From positions 1 to 64,000 of IMG/VR virus record IMGVR_UViG_3300012988_000001: a stretch of DNA of 64,000 nt. One strand, 5' to 3'. Numbering within the stretch: the first letter of the stretch is position 1; the number at the start of each line of letters is the position of its first letter. Both the position numbers and the translations under genes were made by a program. The notes under the pieces are model-generated. The model did no database searches, was not told the origin of the DNA, and was given only the letters and a program-made list of their open reading frames with translations. This document shows, one piece after another, positions 26,000 to 36,723 of this stretch.

Positions 26000-26618
26000 T
26001 TCAGCGAACAATGCTAGGATTGAAGTTGGTTATTTCATTGTAGATGGTAAATCATATGGAATTCGGTTGCGTAAGAATTATTACGATACCAATTACGGCG
26101 ATGAGCGTTATACGATTTTAGTAGAGATTCAGTACCCAAGTACAAGTGGATTAGTGTGGGTGAGCTTAGGTGAATTCAGTGCAGTACATCCAGATTCATT
26201 TACATCATATACCCCAAAGATTCGTATTGATCGGAATTGGATTACCTACAAAGCGGCTCCAGAGCAAGATCAATGCAGTGCTGAAGTGACAGTTACCCCA
26301 ATTAAGAGTGTTGTTACGAAGCGGCTCTTTCATGTTTCCGGGGAAGAGATACACGAGATTGCTGATGATTTTGAGAGTCAGCAGTTTCAGCACAATTTAG
26401 TATGTGATGATGATGAATTAATGGATGAAGAGTACAATGCACAGTGCATGGAATTGGTGCTTAGTGAGTTCCAATTAATGTACGAAGGTAAAGCTGAAAT
26501 CACATGTATTGACATTATGCCGACACACATTATTGGTGCTGATGTTAATTTCGCAATTCCTTATGATAGTATTGCAACGGAGATTGAAAATTATGTCCAA
26601 GTCCACAAAAGTAAGTAA
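25938..26618 (+). CDS. FQxS-family paralogue
   Basis: FESQQFQHNLV. Confidence 0.78.
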   Translation: MKSTLNIAGIQRTIRALEQYNSANNARIEVGYFIVDGKSYGIRLRKNYYDTNYGDERYTILVEIQYPSTSGLVWVSLGEFSAVHPDSFTSYTPKIRIDRNWITYKAAPEQDQCSAEVTVTPIKSVVTKRLFHVSGEEIHEIADDFESQQFQHNLVCDDDELMDEEYNAQCMELVLSEFQLMYEGKAEITCIDIMPTHIIGADVNFAIPYDSIATEIENYVQVHKSK

Positions 26619-27225
26619 AGAAGCCAAGAAGTTTAGTGAAGCATATGAGATTGGTAAGGTATGGTTACCGAGGATAGTGAATGGTTTGTATATGATTCGT
26701 GATATGCGTTGTAGGAATGATAGTATTGAAGCGAGTGAAGTATTCCATATGTTTGACGAATTGAATTATTTCATTTCATATAGGGATGAGCTTCCTGAGT
26801 GTGAGAATATTTCATTAGGTAAAGGTAATAGTATGTACCTTAGTCTAAATCGTGGTATGCCAATTATTCCAACCAAACCATTGTGCGTTCATAGTATTGT
26901 TAAAGAGTTTCATGGTGATAAGAATTACGTCCAGTACGTTAATCGTAATACACCAGTATTTGGCGTAGTGAAGTATGATAATTTTCCAGTACAGTTACCG
27001 GAAGGTTTAGACATTATGGAATTACCGGAAGAGTCAATGTTTCAGACCGAAATGTGTATTGATTCGAAATTAGTTAATGGTGCTGCGGTGTGGATGGGTT
27101 TGCGTGATTTTGGATACAAGTTTGGTGAGATAATTTATTACGGAGATAGTTTGTTGAAGATTTATCGCCTTAATGATGCTGTAGAAACCGTTGTCAAGAA
27201 ATTACGTGAAAAATACGAAGCATAA
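26593..27225 (+). CDS. FQxS-family paralogue
   Basis: PEESMFQTEMC. Confidence 0.78.
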   Translation: MSKSTKVSKEAKKFSEAYEIGKVWLPRIVNGLYMIRDMRCRNDSIEASEVFHMFDELNYFISYRDELPECENISLGKGNSMYLSLNRGMPIIPTKPLCVHSIVKEFHGDKNYVQYVNRNTPVFGVVKYDNFPVQLPEGLDIMELPEESMFQTEMCIDSKLVNGAAVWMGLRDFGYKFGEIIYYGDSLLKIYRLNDAVETVVKKLREKYEA

Positions 27226-27252
27226 ATAAATGTTACCCTTTATCGGGGGATA

Positions 27253-27333
27253 GGTGCACCGGGGCCAAAAAAAATTTCGCTTCACAAAGTGAAAAATAAG
27301 GTTTAACAACAATGAAATCGGCCCCCACGCACC
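27253..27333. other. GC-clamped long-range inverted repeat enclosing an A-tract
   Basis: GGTGC..GGGGCC (27253-27266) pairs with GGCCCC..GCACC (27320-27333); inner TTCAC-AAA-GTGAA hairpin and C-A8-TTT. Confidence 0.6.
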
Positions 27334-27383
27334 AACGCTGCAATTAGATTGCATTTAAGTTGTATTTGATTTTGGAGTCCAGA

Positions 27384-28004
27384 ATGAATTTATTTGATTT
27401 GCCCGAAAAAGAATTATTTGATATTAAAGAAGTAGGTTTAGTTATTCGTGATATAGCATTGTCTCGCATTCCTGATCGTATGTTGTCAGCCAGTGATCAA
27501 GTCATTTATAGTACAGAAGATTTCGAAGTACTGTTAATTAGTAATAGTGTAGTACTAAAGAAACACATTCAAGATGGAAGTCATAATAAATGGAAGACGC
27601 GATTCTGTTTCGCTGCTAACTATGATGATATGATAGATGAAAGACCTTGGAGTACTCGCTATAATGTAGACCGTGACCGATATGTTATTCGTTATACTTG
27701 GGCTAATAGTATCATTAAAGTAAATGACCGTAACGTTTTCTTCAGTTCTGTACAAGGAAACGAAGAGTACATTGATGTTATTGAAGAACATATTCACTAT
27801 AGTGATATGGAACCTGAGATATTTCAACGTGCACTTATTGAATCCCCAATGCAGATGAATGTCATTATGTTGAATTATCTATTCCGAAGGGATCTTCCAT
27901 ATCATCAAGCAGAACCTGAAATCACTTTACATGGCTATTTAACTGAGTTAGAATTGTTGTCTAAGGTTGTTCCACATATTGCGGAGTTACGTAAATTATG
28001 CTAA
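27384..28004 (+). CDS. FQxS-family paralogue
   Basis: MEPEIFQRALI. Confidence 0.78.
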   Translation: MNLFDLPEKELFDIKEVGLVIRDIALSRIPDRMLSASDQVIYSTEDFEVLLISNSVVLKKHIQDGSHNKWKTRFCFAANYDDMIDERPWSTRYNVDRDRYVIRYTWANSIIKVNDRNVFFSSVQGNEEYIDVIEEHIHYSDMEPEIFQRALIESPMQMNVIMLNYLFRRDLPYHQAEPEITLHGYLTELELLSKVVPHIAELRKLC

Positions 28005-28576
28005 CAATGGAAAAAGTTACTGCAATATATCGTCTATTGGATGTTCTATTGTATATGTACAAAGAGAAGGTTGGTGCAGTAAGGACAAGTGCTTTCAGTA
28101 CTAACATGTCTGCAATGAATAATACTTACATTATAGAGTCAGACACCAAACTTGCGTGGAGTGTTATTCTACGGGATAGTGAAGATGATTGGTTCATTGC
28201 ATCTATTCATCCAGATTCGGAACCGGGTTGTAGGCGTAGGTGGAATGCGTATACTAATAAAACACAGACTAACCAAATGTCATGTACCTTCTGTACAAAT
28301 GCTCCTAGTGCTTTGAATCATGGAGAGAAAGATGTAGTAATTCAAACACTTCCTAGTACAGTTGTTGATGAAGGTGATATCTTCAGTCTACAAACGTTGT
28401 ATGAAGATTGTTATGTACTGTGTCTAGTAATTGAGGCGTATTTACGTAATAAGATTGAAGAAGAGTTTTATATACCTTTGAACATTGATAAGTTAATGAA
28501 GATGGAAGTATATCACATTGAAGCTGTTACTCAATTCTGGGAAGAGTATATTGACGCACATGAGGAAATGCAATGA
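27998..28576 (+). CDS. FQxS-family paralogue (variant)
   Basis: DEGDIFSLQTLY. Confidence 0.72.
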   Translation: MLTMEKVTAIYRLLDVLLYMYKEKVGAVRTSAFSTNMSAMNNTYIIESDTKLAWSVILRDSEDDWFIASIHPDSEPGCRRRWNAYTNKTQTNQMSCTFCTNAPSALNHGEKDVVIQTLPSTVVDEGDIFSLQTLYEDCYVLCLVIEAYLRNKIEEEFYIPLNIDKLMKMEVYHIEAVTQFWEEYIDAHEEMQ

Positions 28577-29142
28577 TTAGTTATATGCAGTGCATCGACC
28601 ATGCTATTATGGTTAAGGAAGCAATGTCATTTATGACACTCAACGGTGATAAGTACAGAGCAAATACGGCTAAGATGGGCGATACAGAGATTGACTATAC
28701 TTCTTCTCAGATTATAATTTTTCATGAAGGTTTGCAGATTGGTCATATTGAAACATTGATTAACTTGAGGTTACGTTTATCCATACCTAAGCACTTATCA
28801 TTTGCTACATTCTACACACAGACACCAGAGAATGGGATTGGTGAAGTTAATAAGCGTCCCGCAAACTTACAGACTGATACTTCCGAAGTGATTGATTTAT
28901 TACCGCAAACTTCAGAAGAAGAGTGGGATGCAGTTGCTTTCCAGTTAGAAACGATGTATGATAACAAAATTGCTTCATCATTGATGCTAGAACCTTTCTG
29001 TACTCAGGAATTGACCACATGGTATCCAACTAGGCATTTCCGGTACAAACAGTACACAATCAGTGATTCATGGGTTGATTTACCGTTTGAATTAATTGCA
29101 CAAAACATATTCGAGATGAACACTCGATTTAACAAAGAATAA
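28573..29142 (+). CDS. FQxS-family paralogue
   Basis: WDAVAFQLETMY. Confidence 0.75.
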   Translation: MISYMQCIDHAIMVKEAMSFMTLNGDKYRANTAKMGDTEIDYTSSQIIIFHEGLQIGHIETLINLRLRLSIPKHLSFATFYTQTPENGIGEVNKRPANLQTDTSEVIDLLPQTSEEEWDAVAFQLETMYDNKIASSLMLEPFCTQELTTWYPTRHFRYKQYTISDSWVDLPFELIAQNIFEMNTRFNKE

Positions 29143-29144
29143 AC

Positions 29145-29183
29145 TTGACAGGGACGGTGTACTGATGTATACTGTCCCTTTCT
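29145..29183 (+). promoter_or_regulatory. Promoter overlapping a terminator-like hairpin
   Basis: TTGACA N17 TATACT; AGGGACGGT/ACTGTCCCT inverted repeat spans the -10. Confidence 0.75.
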
Positions 29184-29198
29184 TATATGGGGGTTATT

Positions 29199-29798
29199 AT
29201 GTCCAAGATGGTTAAGTTATATAATGAAATCTTCAAGTTGATGATTCTCATTGATTCAAAATGGGATGAAATTCTTGCTCGCAAAGAAGATGTAATTGAG
29301 GTTGGTTCCTATGTAATTAGCAAAGAGAAAGCTAAGTGGGATGACCATCACGAGTACTGGAGGGTTTCTATCGACAAACCTAATATATACTCGAACAAGT
29401 ACACTAACATCGTATGTTTTTATGAACGTGGTCAACGTAGTGCTATTGGTGGTATCCCGTACAATGTCAGTAAATTTGACGCTTTAGTTGTGTCAAAGTA
29501 CACAGACAGTGTTATGTTTTATAAAGAAGATCGTTGGGGTAAAGACGAAGAGTACACTTGTACTATCCCCTATGACCGTTCTGCTTCGGCTGAGGAACGT
29601 AAATTCAGTGTAGATTTGGCATTTGAGAGTCCCGGTGAACGCGAACTGTTGAATCGCATGATTGACTTCCAGAATATGGATTTGAAACACATCGATTTAT
29701 TTTCATATGCATTCGATTTATTTGTTGTCCTCACTGATGGATACGTGTATAATGATCTCATCAGCCGTCCTTTCTTTAAAATAGGAGCACCAAAATGA
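29199..29798 (+). CDS. FQxS-family paralogue (variant)
   Basis: AEERKFSVDLAF. Confidence 0.7.
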   Translation: MSKMVKLYNEIFKLMILIDSKWDEILARKEDVIEVGSYVISKEKAKWDDHHEYWRVSIDKPNIYSNKYTNIVCFYERGQRSAIGGIPYNVSKFDALVVSKYTDSVMFYKEDRWGKDEEYTCTIPYDRSASAEERKFSVDLAFESPGERELLNRMIDFQNMDLKHIDLFSYAFDLFVVLTDGYVYNDLISRPFFKIGAPK

Positions 29799-30436
29799 AC
29801 CAGCATTCACTAGTACAGCACTACGAAATCCTTAAGTCTCTTAAGGAAATCAGCCATGCACTCTTCCTATCTGAGAGTAATGAACTTCCATTCCGCATGA
29901 AATGGGATCTAATGGAAACTGAAACAGATACTTATGTATTATTCAGTACTAAAAAGTCGGCTGCACTACAACTGGTACGTGTGAACAAAACAAAGCAAGC
30001 TGGGTATACTATTGCTCGCTTTTCTGTTGAGACAAAGAACTACCAACGGCAACCTAACAAAATTTACAAAGATGGCACTGGCTTCTTGTATGCAGGTGAT
30101 GAAACTACTCTACGTTTTGTCGAACCGGGAAAGAAAGAACCTGAAGTACTAGAATGTCTTCCACTCTATACGGTTCGCAACCTACTACTTGATGATAGTT
30201 TAGAAGAGTTGGAATTCCAGTACGGTACACTACATAACTTTGTTGGTGATTCATTTGAGATGTATTGCTTATTCAGTCTATTACACAACGTAGATGATAT
30301 TGGTAATGAAGTGAAAAGTGGTTATCACAACCGTCTATCCTTTTTGGATGTAGTGGGTGATGGTGTACTTGATTCTCTAGTACAGTCTATTAGTGAACTT
30401 AAAGTGAAAGTACTACAGGATTTAGAAAATGCTTAA
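29795..30436 (+). CDS. FQxS-family paralogue
   Basis: LEELEFQYGTLH. Confidence 0.78.
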   Translation: MNQHSLVQHYEILKSLKEISHALFLSESNELPFRMKWDLMETETDTYVLFSTKKSAALQLVRVNKTKQAGYTIARFSVETKNYQRQPNKIYKDGTGFLYAGDETTLRFVEPGKKEPEVLECLPLYTVRNLLLDDSLEELEFQYGTLHNFVGDSFEMYCLFSLLHNVDDIGNEVKSGYHNRLSFLDVVGDGVLDSLVQSISELKVKVLQDLENA

Positions 30437-30977
30437 TAAGTATTATCAAATCTACGAACTACTTCAGAAGATATTGAAGATATCTCAATTCAATGATGTT
30501 GCGTTTACTTACCCTATGATTTCGGATCATAAACTAGTAGGTATGCGTCGTAAGGAAGGGTACTTGATTGGCGTTTATAGTGAACGTCATTCAATGAATG
30601 TCTTCTCATTACAGACTCAGAATGTCTTTAGTGATAAAGATTATAAAGCATCTTCCGTGAATGTTCGTACTAAAAATGGCGGTAGTAGTAATATTCAGAC
30701 ATGTTGTGTTATGGATGTATATGCATACAAAGAAGATATCCAAACACTACAATTGAGTACTGGTATAAATCTCGGTACTGGTGAAGGGTCGGATGAGATA
30801 TTCCAGATGAGTACTTTGCACCCTGACGTTGTTACTGATTGTTGGGCGTTATTGTCTCATTACAAAATGCATGGTTTAAGTGATTTATATCATTTAGGCT
30901 GGAGTGGTCATCTACCAGAAGCTGTACTTGGTATGTTGATTCTTAAACTACAAGTTATTTTGAAGGAAATAGAATGA
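30429..30977 (+). CDS. FQxS-family paralogue
   Basis: SDEIFQMSTLH. Confidence 0.78.
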   Translation: MLNKYYQIYELLQKILKISQFNDVAFTYPMISDHKLVGMRRKEGYLIGVYSERHSMNVFSLQTQNVFSDKDYKASSVNVRTKNGGSSNIQTCCVMDVYAYKEDIQTLQLSTGINLGTGEGSDEIFQMSTLHPDVVTDCWALLSHYKMHGLSDLYHLGWSGHLPEAVLGMLILKLQVILKEIE

Positions 30978-31486
30978 AACTACTAAACTTTATGGAATCA
31001 GTTGTTCGTGCTCATAAGAAGTGCTATAAGACGTTTGAAGATACTCAAACTTTACACAGTGATAATTTCATGCTAGAGATTGGTCTTGGTGGGATTGATG
31101 TTATTCGTAAAGAACGTGATGAACCAGAGTATGGTCGCAGTAATGCACATAGTGTCTTTACTATGAATACAAATTCTGCGAAAATTTCACATCCAAACAA
31201 CGCACGTGCTTTCACATATGGTATAAGTTCCTTCTTCCGGGCATCGTCTGAAGAAGTTTTTAAAGTTCTAGATATCAATGGAACTCATCAGGAATTAGCA
31301 TTACCTCGTTACAATGACAACGAAGAAGAGTTATTGTTCACGTTAGATACTGTTACTGATTGCTCCATGCCAATTGTTCTCGCTGCGATTCTAATGACAC
31401 TTGACACTGAGCTTGCATCCATGTATACTTTTCGTCTATCCGATTCTGATTTAGATGAAATCATTGAACTATTGGGGAAAGTTTAA
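30974..31486 (+). CDS. FQxS-family paralogue (variant)
   Basis: EEELLFTLDTV. Confidence 0.72.
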   Translation: MKLLNFMESVVRAHKKCYKTFEDTQTLHSDNFMLEIGLGGIDVIRKERDEPEYGRSNAHSVFTMNTNSAKISHPNNARAFTYGISSFFRASSEEVFKVLDINGTHQELALPRYNDNEEELLFTLDTVTDCSMPIVLAAILMTLDTELASMYTFRLSDSDLDEIIELLGKV

Positions 31487-32083
31487 ATGGAACACATCAA
31501 GTACAGTAATCTTGTAAAAGCCATCTTGCACTGTCATATGACGGTGCATTCATTTTATTCTGATATATCAGTGATATATGAAAGAACGATGGAATTAATT
31601 CAAATTCAGTTGTTTGTAGATCGTTATGAAACACATTTAGACATATTCACTGGTGAGGGTACTAAAAAGATGAACCTCATCAAATTACGCATAGTGAACT
31701 TTCATGTACTGAACAATATCACTTGGGAAGAATCTGTCACTAAACACAACAGTTACGTGAATATTACACCTCGTGGTGAGTTTGATGTTATTAACTACAT
31801 CGAACTTAATCCTGAAGTTATTCAGTTATATAGGCGTGTAGTGGATAAGGAGATGATTGACCGGGATTGTATTGATGAACAACACTTTCAGTTCAGTACT
31901 GTAAAAGATATTGGACCAATTGAAGACTATCATTATATGTCTGGTATGTACGATCATTATCATGAATTTGTACCACAGGGTAAAGGTGTAATGGTTCGTT
32001 ATAATACTGACAATTTGTACTGTACTGATGAGTTCCGTGACTTTGTGGCGAAGAAAGTATGGGGGTTAATTGCGTTAGCATGA
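31487..32083 (+). CDS. FQxS-family paralogue
   Basis: DEQHFQFSTV. Confidence 0.78.
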   Translation: MEHIKYSNLVKAILHCHMTVHSFYSDISVIYERTMELIQIQLFVDRYETHLDIFTGEGTKKMNLIKLRIVNFHVLNNITWEESVTKHNSYVNITPRGEFDVINYIELNPEVIQLYRRVVDKEMIDRDCIDEQHFQFSTVKDIGPIEDYHYMSGMYDHYHEFVPQGKGVMVRYNTDNLYCTDEFRDFVAKKVWGLIALA

Positions 32084-32754
32084 AAACATTATATGAAAAA
32101 ACAAGCAATCTAGCGAATTACATACGAGACATTATGTACATGCAGAAGTACTGGATGGATAGTTATTCAGATGTTGCAAAGATACGTACTGCACGTATGA
32201 CTATTACACCACAGTCTTGCTATGAAACAGTTCGGGGTTATGCATTTGATACTACCAACCCTGAATTAGAAGATGGTAAAATCTTCCAAAGTCTTCAACG
32301 TAAAAGTGATTACAGTACTGATTATGTAATGACACTTACTAGCTCTTATACTCACATTAATAACAATACTAAGGGTAAAGTTGCTAAGTATCATTACGTA
32401 CAATACGTCCATAATCACCCTAATGATTTAGAGCAAGTTCTTAGTGGTGAATTACGAGATTTATTTCAAGCGTTACGTACTGGTATCAGTACTGATACTG
32501 TTCGGGAAACAGAATTTCAACAAACGTTGGTGCATAAAGATTACATAATTAATGGGTTCTATTTGTTCTTATTATTATATGAGGACTTAAAGAAAGTTCA
32601 GTTTGAACACAAAGATGTTATGTTATGTTTAGGTGATACTGACATTCGGGCTTTCATTCCTGCACGGAAAGCATTTATTGATTTATTGGATAAGAAGGTG
32701 GACAATGACTGGCGGCAAGCTATACTACAGCGTTATGGACATGATATTGGATGA
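32080..32754 (+). CDS. FQxS-family paralogue
   Basis: RETEFQQTLV. Confidence 0.78.
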   Translation: MKTLYEKTSNLANYIRDIMYMQKYWMDSYSDVAKIRTARMTITPQSCYETVRGYAFDTTNPELEDGKIFQSLQRKSDYSTDYVMTLTSSYTHINNNTKGKVAKYHYVQYVHNHPNDLEQVLSGELRDLFQALRTGISTDTVRETEFQQTLVHKDYIINGFYLFLLLYEDLKKVQFEHKDVMLCLGDTDIRAFIPARKAFIDLLDKKVDNDWRQAILQRYGHDIG

Positions 32755-33286
32755 TGAGATGTACTTAAAAATACATCATTTACTTGAGCGTTGTAACAAT
32801 TTCTTTGGTCATAATCAAAGTATGAGTCATCATTATTTTGGTAAACCAGATGCAAATGAACGTGGTTGTACTATTGATATTACACACGAGAATATGTATT
32901 TTGGTCAGTACCGGAATGATAATGTTGCATTATCGTATTTGTACGACGATCAGTACAGTCATCAGAACTCAGTAACTTCTAAACATATTATTGTCAGTCA
33001 TGGTGCTAAACATACGGACTTTTCACCTTTCAAGAAAGTAGTGCATGATAAGATGTATGACCAAATTGGTTGGTTCGTAACGAACAATGTCATTACTGAT
33101 GAAATGGAAGGTGAACTATTCCAAGAGAGTACTGTATCTGATGTATATTCATTGTACGAGATGCAAGAAATCATGAACAGGATTCAAAACTTACCCATTC
33201 GTGAAAAGAAATCGTTGACAATCGATTCGATGTTAATGTATCCTAATATAAACAAATACCTAGACGAACTACTAAAAGGTTACTAA
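32741..33286 (+). CDS. FQxS-family paralogue
   Basis: EGELFQESTV. Confidence 0.78.
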   Translation: MILDDEMYLKIHHLLERCNNFFGHNQSMSHHYFGKPDANERGCTIDITHENMYFGQYRNDNVALSYLYDDQYSHQNSVTSKHIIVSHGAKHTDFSPFKKVVHDKMYDQIGWFVTNNVITDEMEGELFQESTVSDVYSLYEMQEIMNRIQNLPIREKKSLTIDSMLMYPNINKYLDELLKGY

Positions 33287-33694
33287 ATGATTCTCTACCA
33301 TGCTAGTACTGTAAAAATTGAGGAATTCTACATCCCATATGGTGGCTTGCATGTGGGAGGTCTTCATAGTGCTCTTGAGGCGGCTTTACGCAAGATCAGG
33401 AGCTATGATGGTCCGTTTGAACAGCATGTCTATGTGCACCGCGTAGAGGTCGATACAGGCCGTGTGATGGCATATGATGATATGGGTGATGACCACGGCT
33501 GGCGTTGTGCAATTGTCTGCTATGGTAAAGATTACGATAGTATTGAGTACAATAATAAGTTTGAGCCTGATGTGGTGAATTCTTTTGTACTATGGGATGC
33601 AAAACGTGTTAAAATTTTGGACGTGGATATTTTGAGCCACGATGAAGCAGAGGACAAACTTAATGAGTTTTACGAAGAAAACAACCTTTACTGA
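33287..33694 (+). CDS. Hypothetical protein, possible ART-like fold
   Basis: ILYHAST...GLHVG...A...YVHRVEV; lacks the FQxS motif. Confidence 0.4.
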   Translation: MILYHASTVKIEEFYIPYGGLHVGGLHSALEAALRKIRSYDGPFEQHVYVHRVEVDTGRVMAYDDMGDDHGWRCAIVCYGKDYDSIEYNNKFEPDVVNSFVLWDAKRVKILDVDILSHDEAEDKLNEFYEENNLY

Positions 33695-34277
33695 TAAGCT
33701 AGATGCAGAGATTTACGTATTCAGACTAATGCTTAATTTAGCAGAACAAGTGTGGGGTAGATGTAATGATGCAGAATTCAAGTTCAAAGGTTTCGATGTA
33801 GAAATTCAAACTAACACTGGTAGTGGGGAACGCGATGAATATTTTCTAGTACGAGTGAGAACACCAGATGAACGCTATGATATTTGTGAAATGGCTGGTG
33901 AAAATTATTTGGATATCATGAATTGCTGGCTACCTGAACGTGCTATGATAGTTCGTGATCCAGCATCAAGATACTTTGGTAAGTTCAGTGTAACTGATGC
34001 TCAAGGTGAAGAAGAGTTCATGCCAAGTGATGAGCTACTTGATTCATATCTTGTTGAAGGTATCAATAATATGCCAGAGGATGTATACTTTCAAGAGATG
34101 CTAGTACGACCACATCATATGTATAAGTATGAGGATATTGATCGTCTTCTTGATGCGTTGAAAACACCTAGTACTATTAGTGGTTCTTTCTTCCATGCTA
34201 AAGTTCCGGGGTTCACAGTAGATGATTATGAAAAACTATATCATATTGTTTTGGGGATGAAACATGACACTAAATGA
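33663..34277 (+). CDS. FQxS-family paralogue
   Basis: PEDVYFQEMLV. Confidence 0.78.
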   Translation: MSFTKKTTFTDKLDAEIYVFRLMLNLAEQVWGRCNDAEFKFKGFDVEIQTNTGSGERDEYFLVRVRTPDERYDICEMAGENYLDIMNCWLPERAMIVRDPASRYFGKFSVTDAQGEEEFMPSDELLDSYLVEGINNMPEDVYFQEMLVRPHHMYKYEDIDRLLDALKTPSTISGSFFHAKVPGFTVDDYEKLYHIVLGMKHDTK

Positions 34278-34848
34278 AGAAGTGGAATTAATACACTTCA
34301 CTCTCAAGATGGCTGAAGTACTTCAGAAGAATATCCACGATGTACATGATACGTTTATTGATCTCAAAAATGGTGCTTCACTTTCTATCATCAATGATGA
34401 AGGTAATATGTATGTGAAGTGGAAACCAGATCACAGTGCAGATCGCCATACAGTATTCGCATTTGATGCGAGTGATTATACGAACGTTCGTGGTAATGAT
34501 TGCTGGACAGTTAACTTCTACAAAGATGGCGATTTTGCCAATTATTACAGTGTAGTTAATTCCGTTAAGGATGAACTAAAAATAGAAGAAGAGTTCATTG
34601 ATAAACACTGTGAAAATGGTCGTATCATGACAGAGGATGAGTACTTTCAAGCTGTTCTAGTGCATCCTGAAATGCCAGATACTTACGAAGATACAGTACT
34701 CATTTTGAAAACTCTAAAAGAGTGCAGGGAGAAGTACAAGTTAGAAGAGTGTTCATTTGTTATCTATAACAGTGAGCAAGTCACAATGAAGTTGATGCGT
34801 ATGATTCGCCGTCAGCTAATGTTTCGTTTAGGGATTAAATTTTTATGA
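34264..34848 (+). CDS. FQxS-family paralogue
   Basis: TEDEYFQAVLV. Confidence 0.78.
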   Translation: MTLNEEVELIHFTLKMAEVLQKNIHDVHDTFIDLKNGASLSIINDEGNMYVKWKPDHSADRHTVFAFDASDYTNVRGNDCWTVNFYKDGDFANYYSVVNSVKDELKIEEEFIDKHCENGRIMTEDEYFQAVLVHPEMPDTYEDTVLILKTLKECREKYKLEECSFVIYNSEQVTMKLMRMIRRQLMFRLGIKFL

Positions 34849-35297
34849 TTTCAGTACTTGACAACATAGACACAGTGAATTATATTATCCAGAACTGCGT
34901 ATCCGAGGGGCGTTCAAAGCCTCTCCGTGGTATGAATGCGTTCGTGGTGGGTGATGGTTATGCAATGGATGTGATTACTTCAAAGGGTAATACCATTCAG
35001 TTAACGGTGCGTACCAGTACTTTACAGACGTTATGCCGTATTACATTCACACCTACACAAATGCTTGTTCGTTATGGTCCGAAGTTTATGTTCCTATACA
35101 ACAAGAAGACAAACCTTTTCACCACCAATTTATTCGATGATGCATTTACATTAGAAGAGATGGAGGGTGCATTCTTTACACAGAATTTAGTTGTCGATTG
35201 GGGTTTACAAGTACAATTCGACTTTGCTATAATGTCTGAAACATTAACACAATGCTGGAGTCTCTATAATGATTTCTTGGTTTCTATCAAAAAATAA
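34845..35297 (+). CDS. FQxS-family paralogue (variant)
   Basis: MEGAFFTQNLV. Confidence 0.72.
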   Translation: MISVLDNIDTVNYIIQNCVSEGRSKPLRGMNAFVVGDGYAMDVITSKGNTIQLTVRTSTLQTLCRITFTPTQMLVRYGPKFMFLYNKKTNLFTTNLFDDAFTLEEMEGAFFTQNLVVDWGLQVQFDFAIMSETLTQCWSLYNDFLVSIKK

Positions 35298-35736
35298 AAC
35301 CCGGACAACGACCTGTGATGAACTAGTTGATGTACTGGTACAAAACAAAGACCTTCTATATAAAGAAGGTATTACTAACATTGGTGGTATCAACCTTTAT
35401 CATTTCAAGAATGATAGTGATGCGGCTGAGTTCTCCTATGGTTCAGTATCACTAACTGTTGCTAAATTGAGTGGACGGTCGGCTCACGGACGTGCTGTAG
35501 TTGGTATTAGTACTATTGATAACAAGAACGATCTACTCGAATGTTTAATTCGGGAAGAAGACGTGTACTTTACCTGTAAGAATGGCAGTGGTGCAGACGT
35601 ACCAATCTCTGCATTCGAAAGTGATGTTGATTTCTTCCAGTACACACTACTGAATCTAAAATACGAATGCAGTGATGCATCTCTAATCAAACTAATCAAA
35701 TTTATTTCGGAGTTCATAAATGAGCAGTCTAAATAA
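35269..35736 (+). CDS. FQxS-family paralogue
   Basis: SDVDFFQYTLL. Confidence 0.75.
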   Translation: MISWFLSKNKTRTTTCDELVDVLVQNKDLLYKEGITNIGGINLYHFKNDSDAAEFSYGSVSLTVAKLSGRSAHGRAVVGISTIDNKNDLLECLIREEDVYFTCKNGSGADVPISAFESDVDFFQYTLLNLKYECSDASLIKLIKFISEFINEQSK

Positions 35737-36199
35737 TCTATTTTCCGCATTCTCTTCGTATCTAGGTGGTTCTCGTACAAGTGGAGTGCATCTAAGCGGA
35801 TCTATCTACCAGATTACAACTGGTACTGAAACAATGATCATTGGTCGTGATACACTACGTTTTACCTACAGTGATAATGAAAAGAATGCTATGATTTCAT
35901 TTACCCCTGTAAAAGCGACTGTAGGCTCGTTTGAGCAGCCTTTGAACTTGACCCTATCTTGCTTCGAATCAGGGTTAAACGAGCCGTATAGTCGCTTGCA
36001 CGTCGATGGCGGAGAGCTATTTCAGTACAGTACAGTACATGATTTCGACTTCGCAATCCTCCCTGATCTTTACACTAAATACCTAGAGCTTCTAAAAGAA
36101 ATGAAAGAATCTCCAGTGGTAAAAGGTGAAAAGCTACTCATCGATGAGGCTATTCAAAATCTATCCGATACCGTGGAGCTTTATAACAAAGAAGCATAA
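35720..36199 (+). CDS. FQxS-family paralogue
   Basis: GGELFQYSTVH. Confidence 0.78.
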   Translation: MSSLNNLFSAFSSYLGGSRTSGVHLSGSIYQITTGTETMIIGRDTLRFTYSDNEKNAMISFTPVKATVGSFEQPLNLTLSCFESGLNEPYSRLHVDGGELFQYSTVHDFDFAILPDLYTKYLELLKEMKESPVVKGEKLLIDEAIQNLSDTVELYNKEA

Positions 36200-36249
36200 T
36201 ATGGTAGAGAGCACAAGGATATGTGCTCATTAGGTTCAAGGAGTGAACT

Positions 36250-36723
36250 ATGATCGGATTAAATGAGAGTGGTCCCGTACAAGATATCATCACTCAAGAT
36301 GCCTTTGAGATTCATGACACAATGTTTAGTGTCAAAGATGTGATACAATGTTTATTTTTATGCAGTAAGTCAATGCATGACTTATTTCATTCAGACAAGT
36401 GTAATATTTTTATTGTTACTATCAGTACTGAAAATGCGTGGGTCATGGGTATGCCAATGTATACCAATCAGGATTATAACGAAAGGGTTTGTCGCAATAC
36501 TGAAGGTGACACTGCACAAAGCAATGTCCAAAATCGTCGTAATACGTACTTGATTAAAGATGAAAATAAGTATATGCTATTCCTTACTAAAGGATACATT
36601 CTCGATAACTTCACAGTAAAAGATAGTTATCACGATTTCAAGATCGCAGAAGACAAACCACATGTAATGATACATGCTGCTGATATTGAGAGCCTAACCG
36701 TTAAAAACCCAACATTGGAGTAA
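36250..36723 (+). CDS. Hypothetical protein
   Basis: AAGGAG RBS. Confidence 0.75.
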   Translation: MIGLNESGPVQDIITQDAFEIHDTMFSVKDVIQCLFLCSKSMHDLFHSDKCNIFIVTISTENAWVMGMPMYTNQDYNERVCRNTEGDTAQSNVQNRRNTYLIKDENKYMLFLTKGYILDNFTVKDSYHDFKIAEDKPHVMIHAADIESLTVKNPTLE

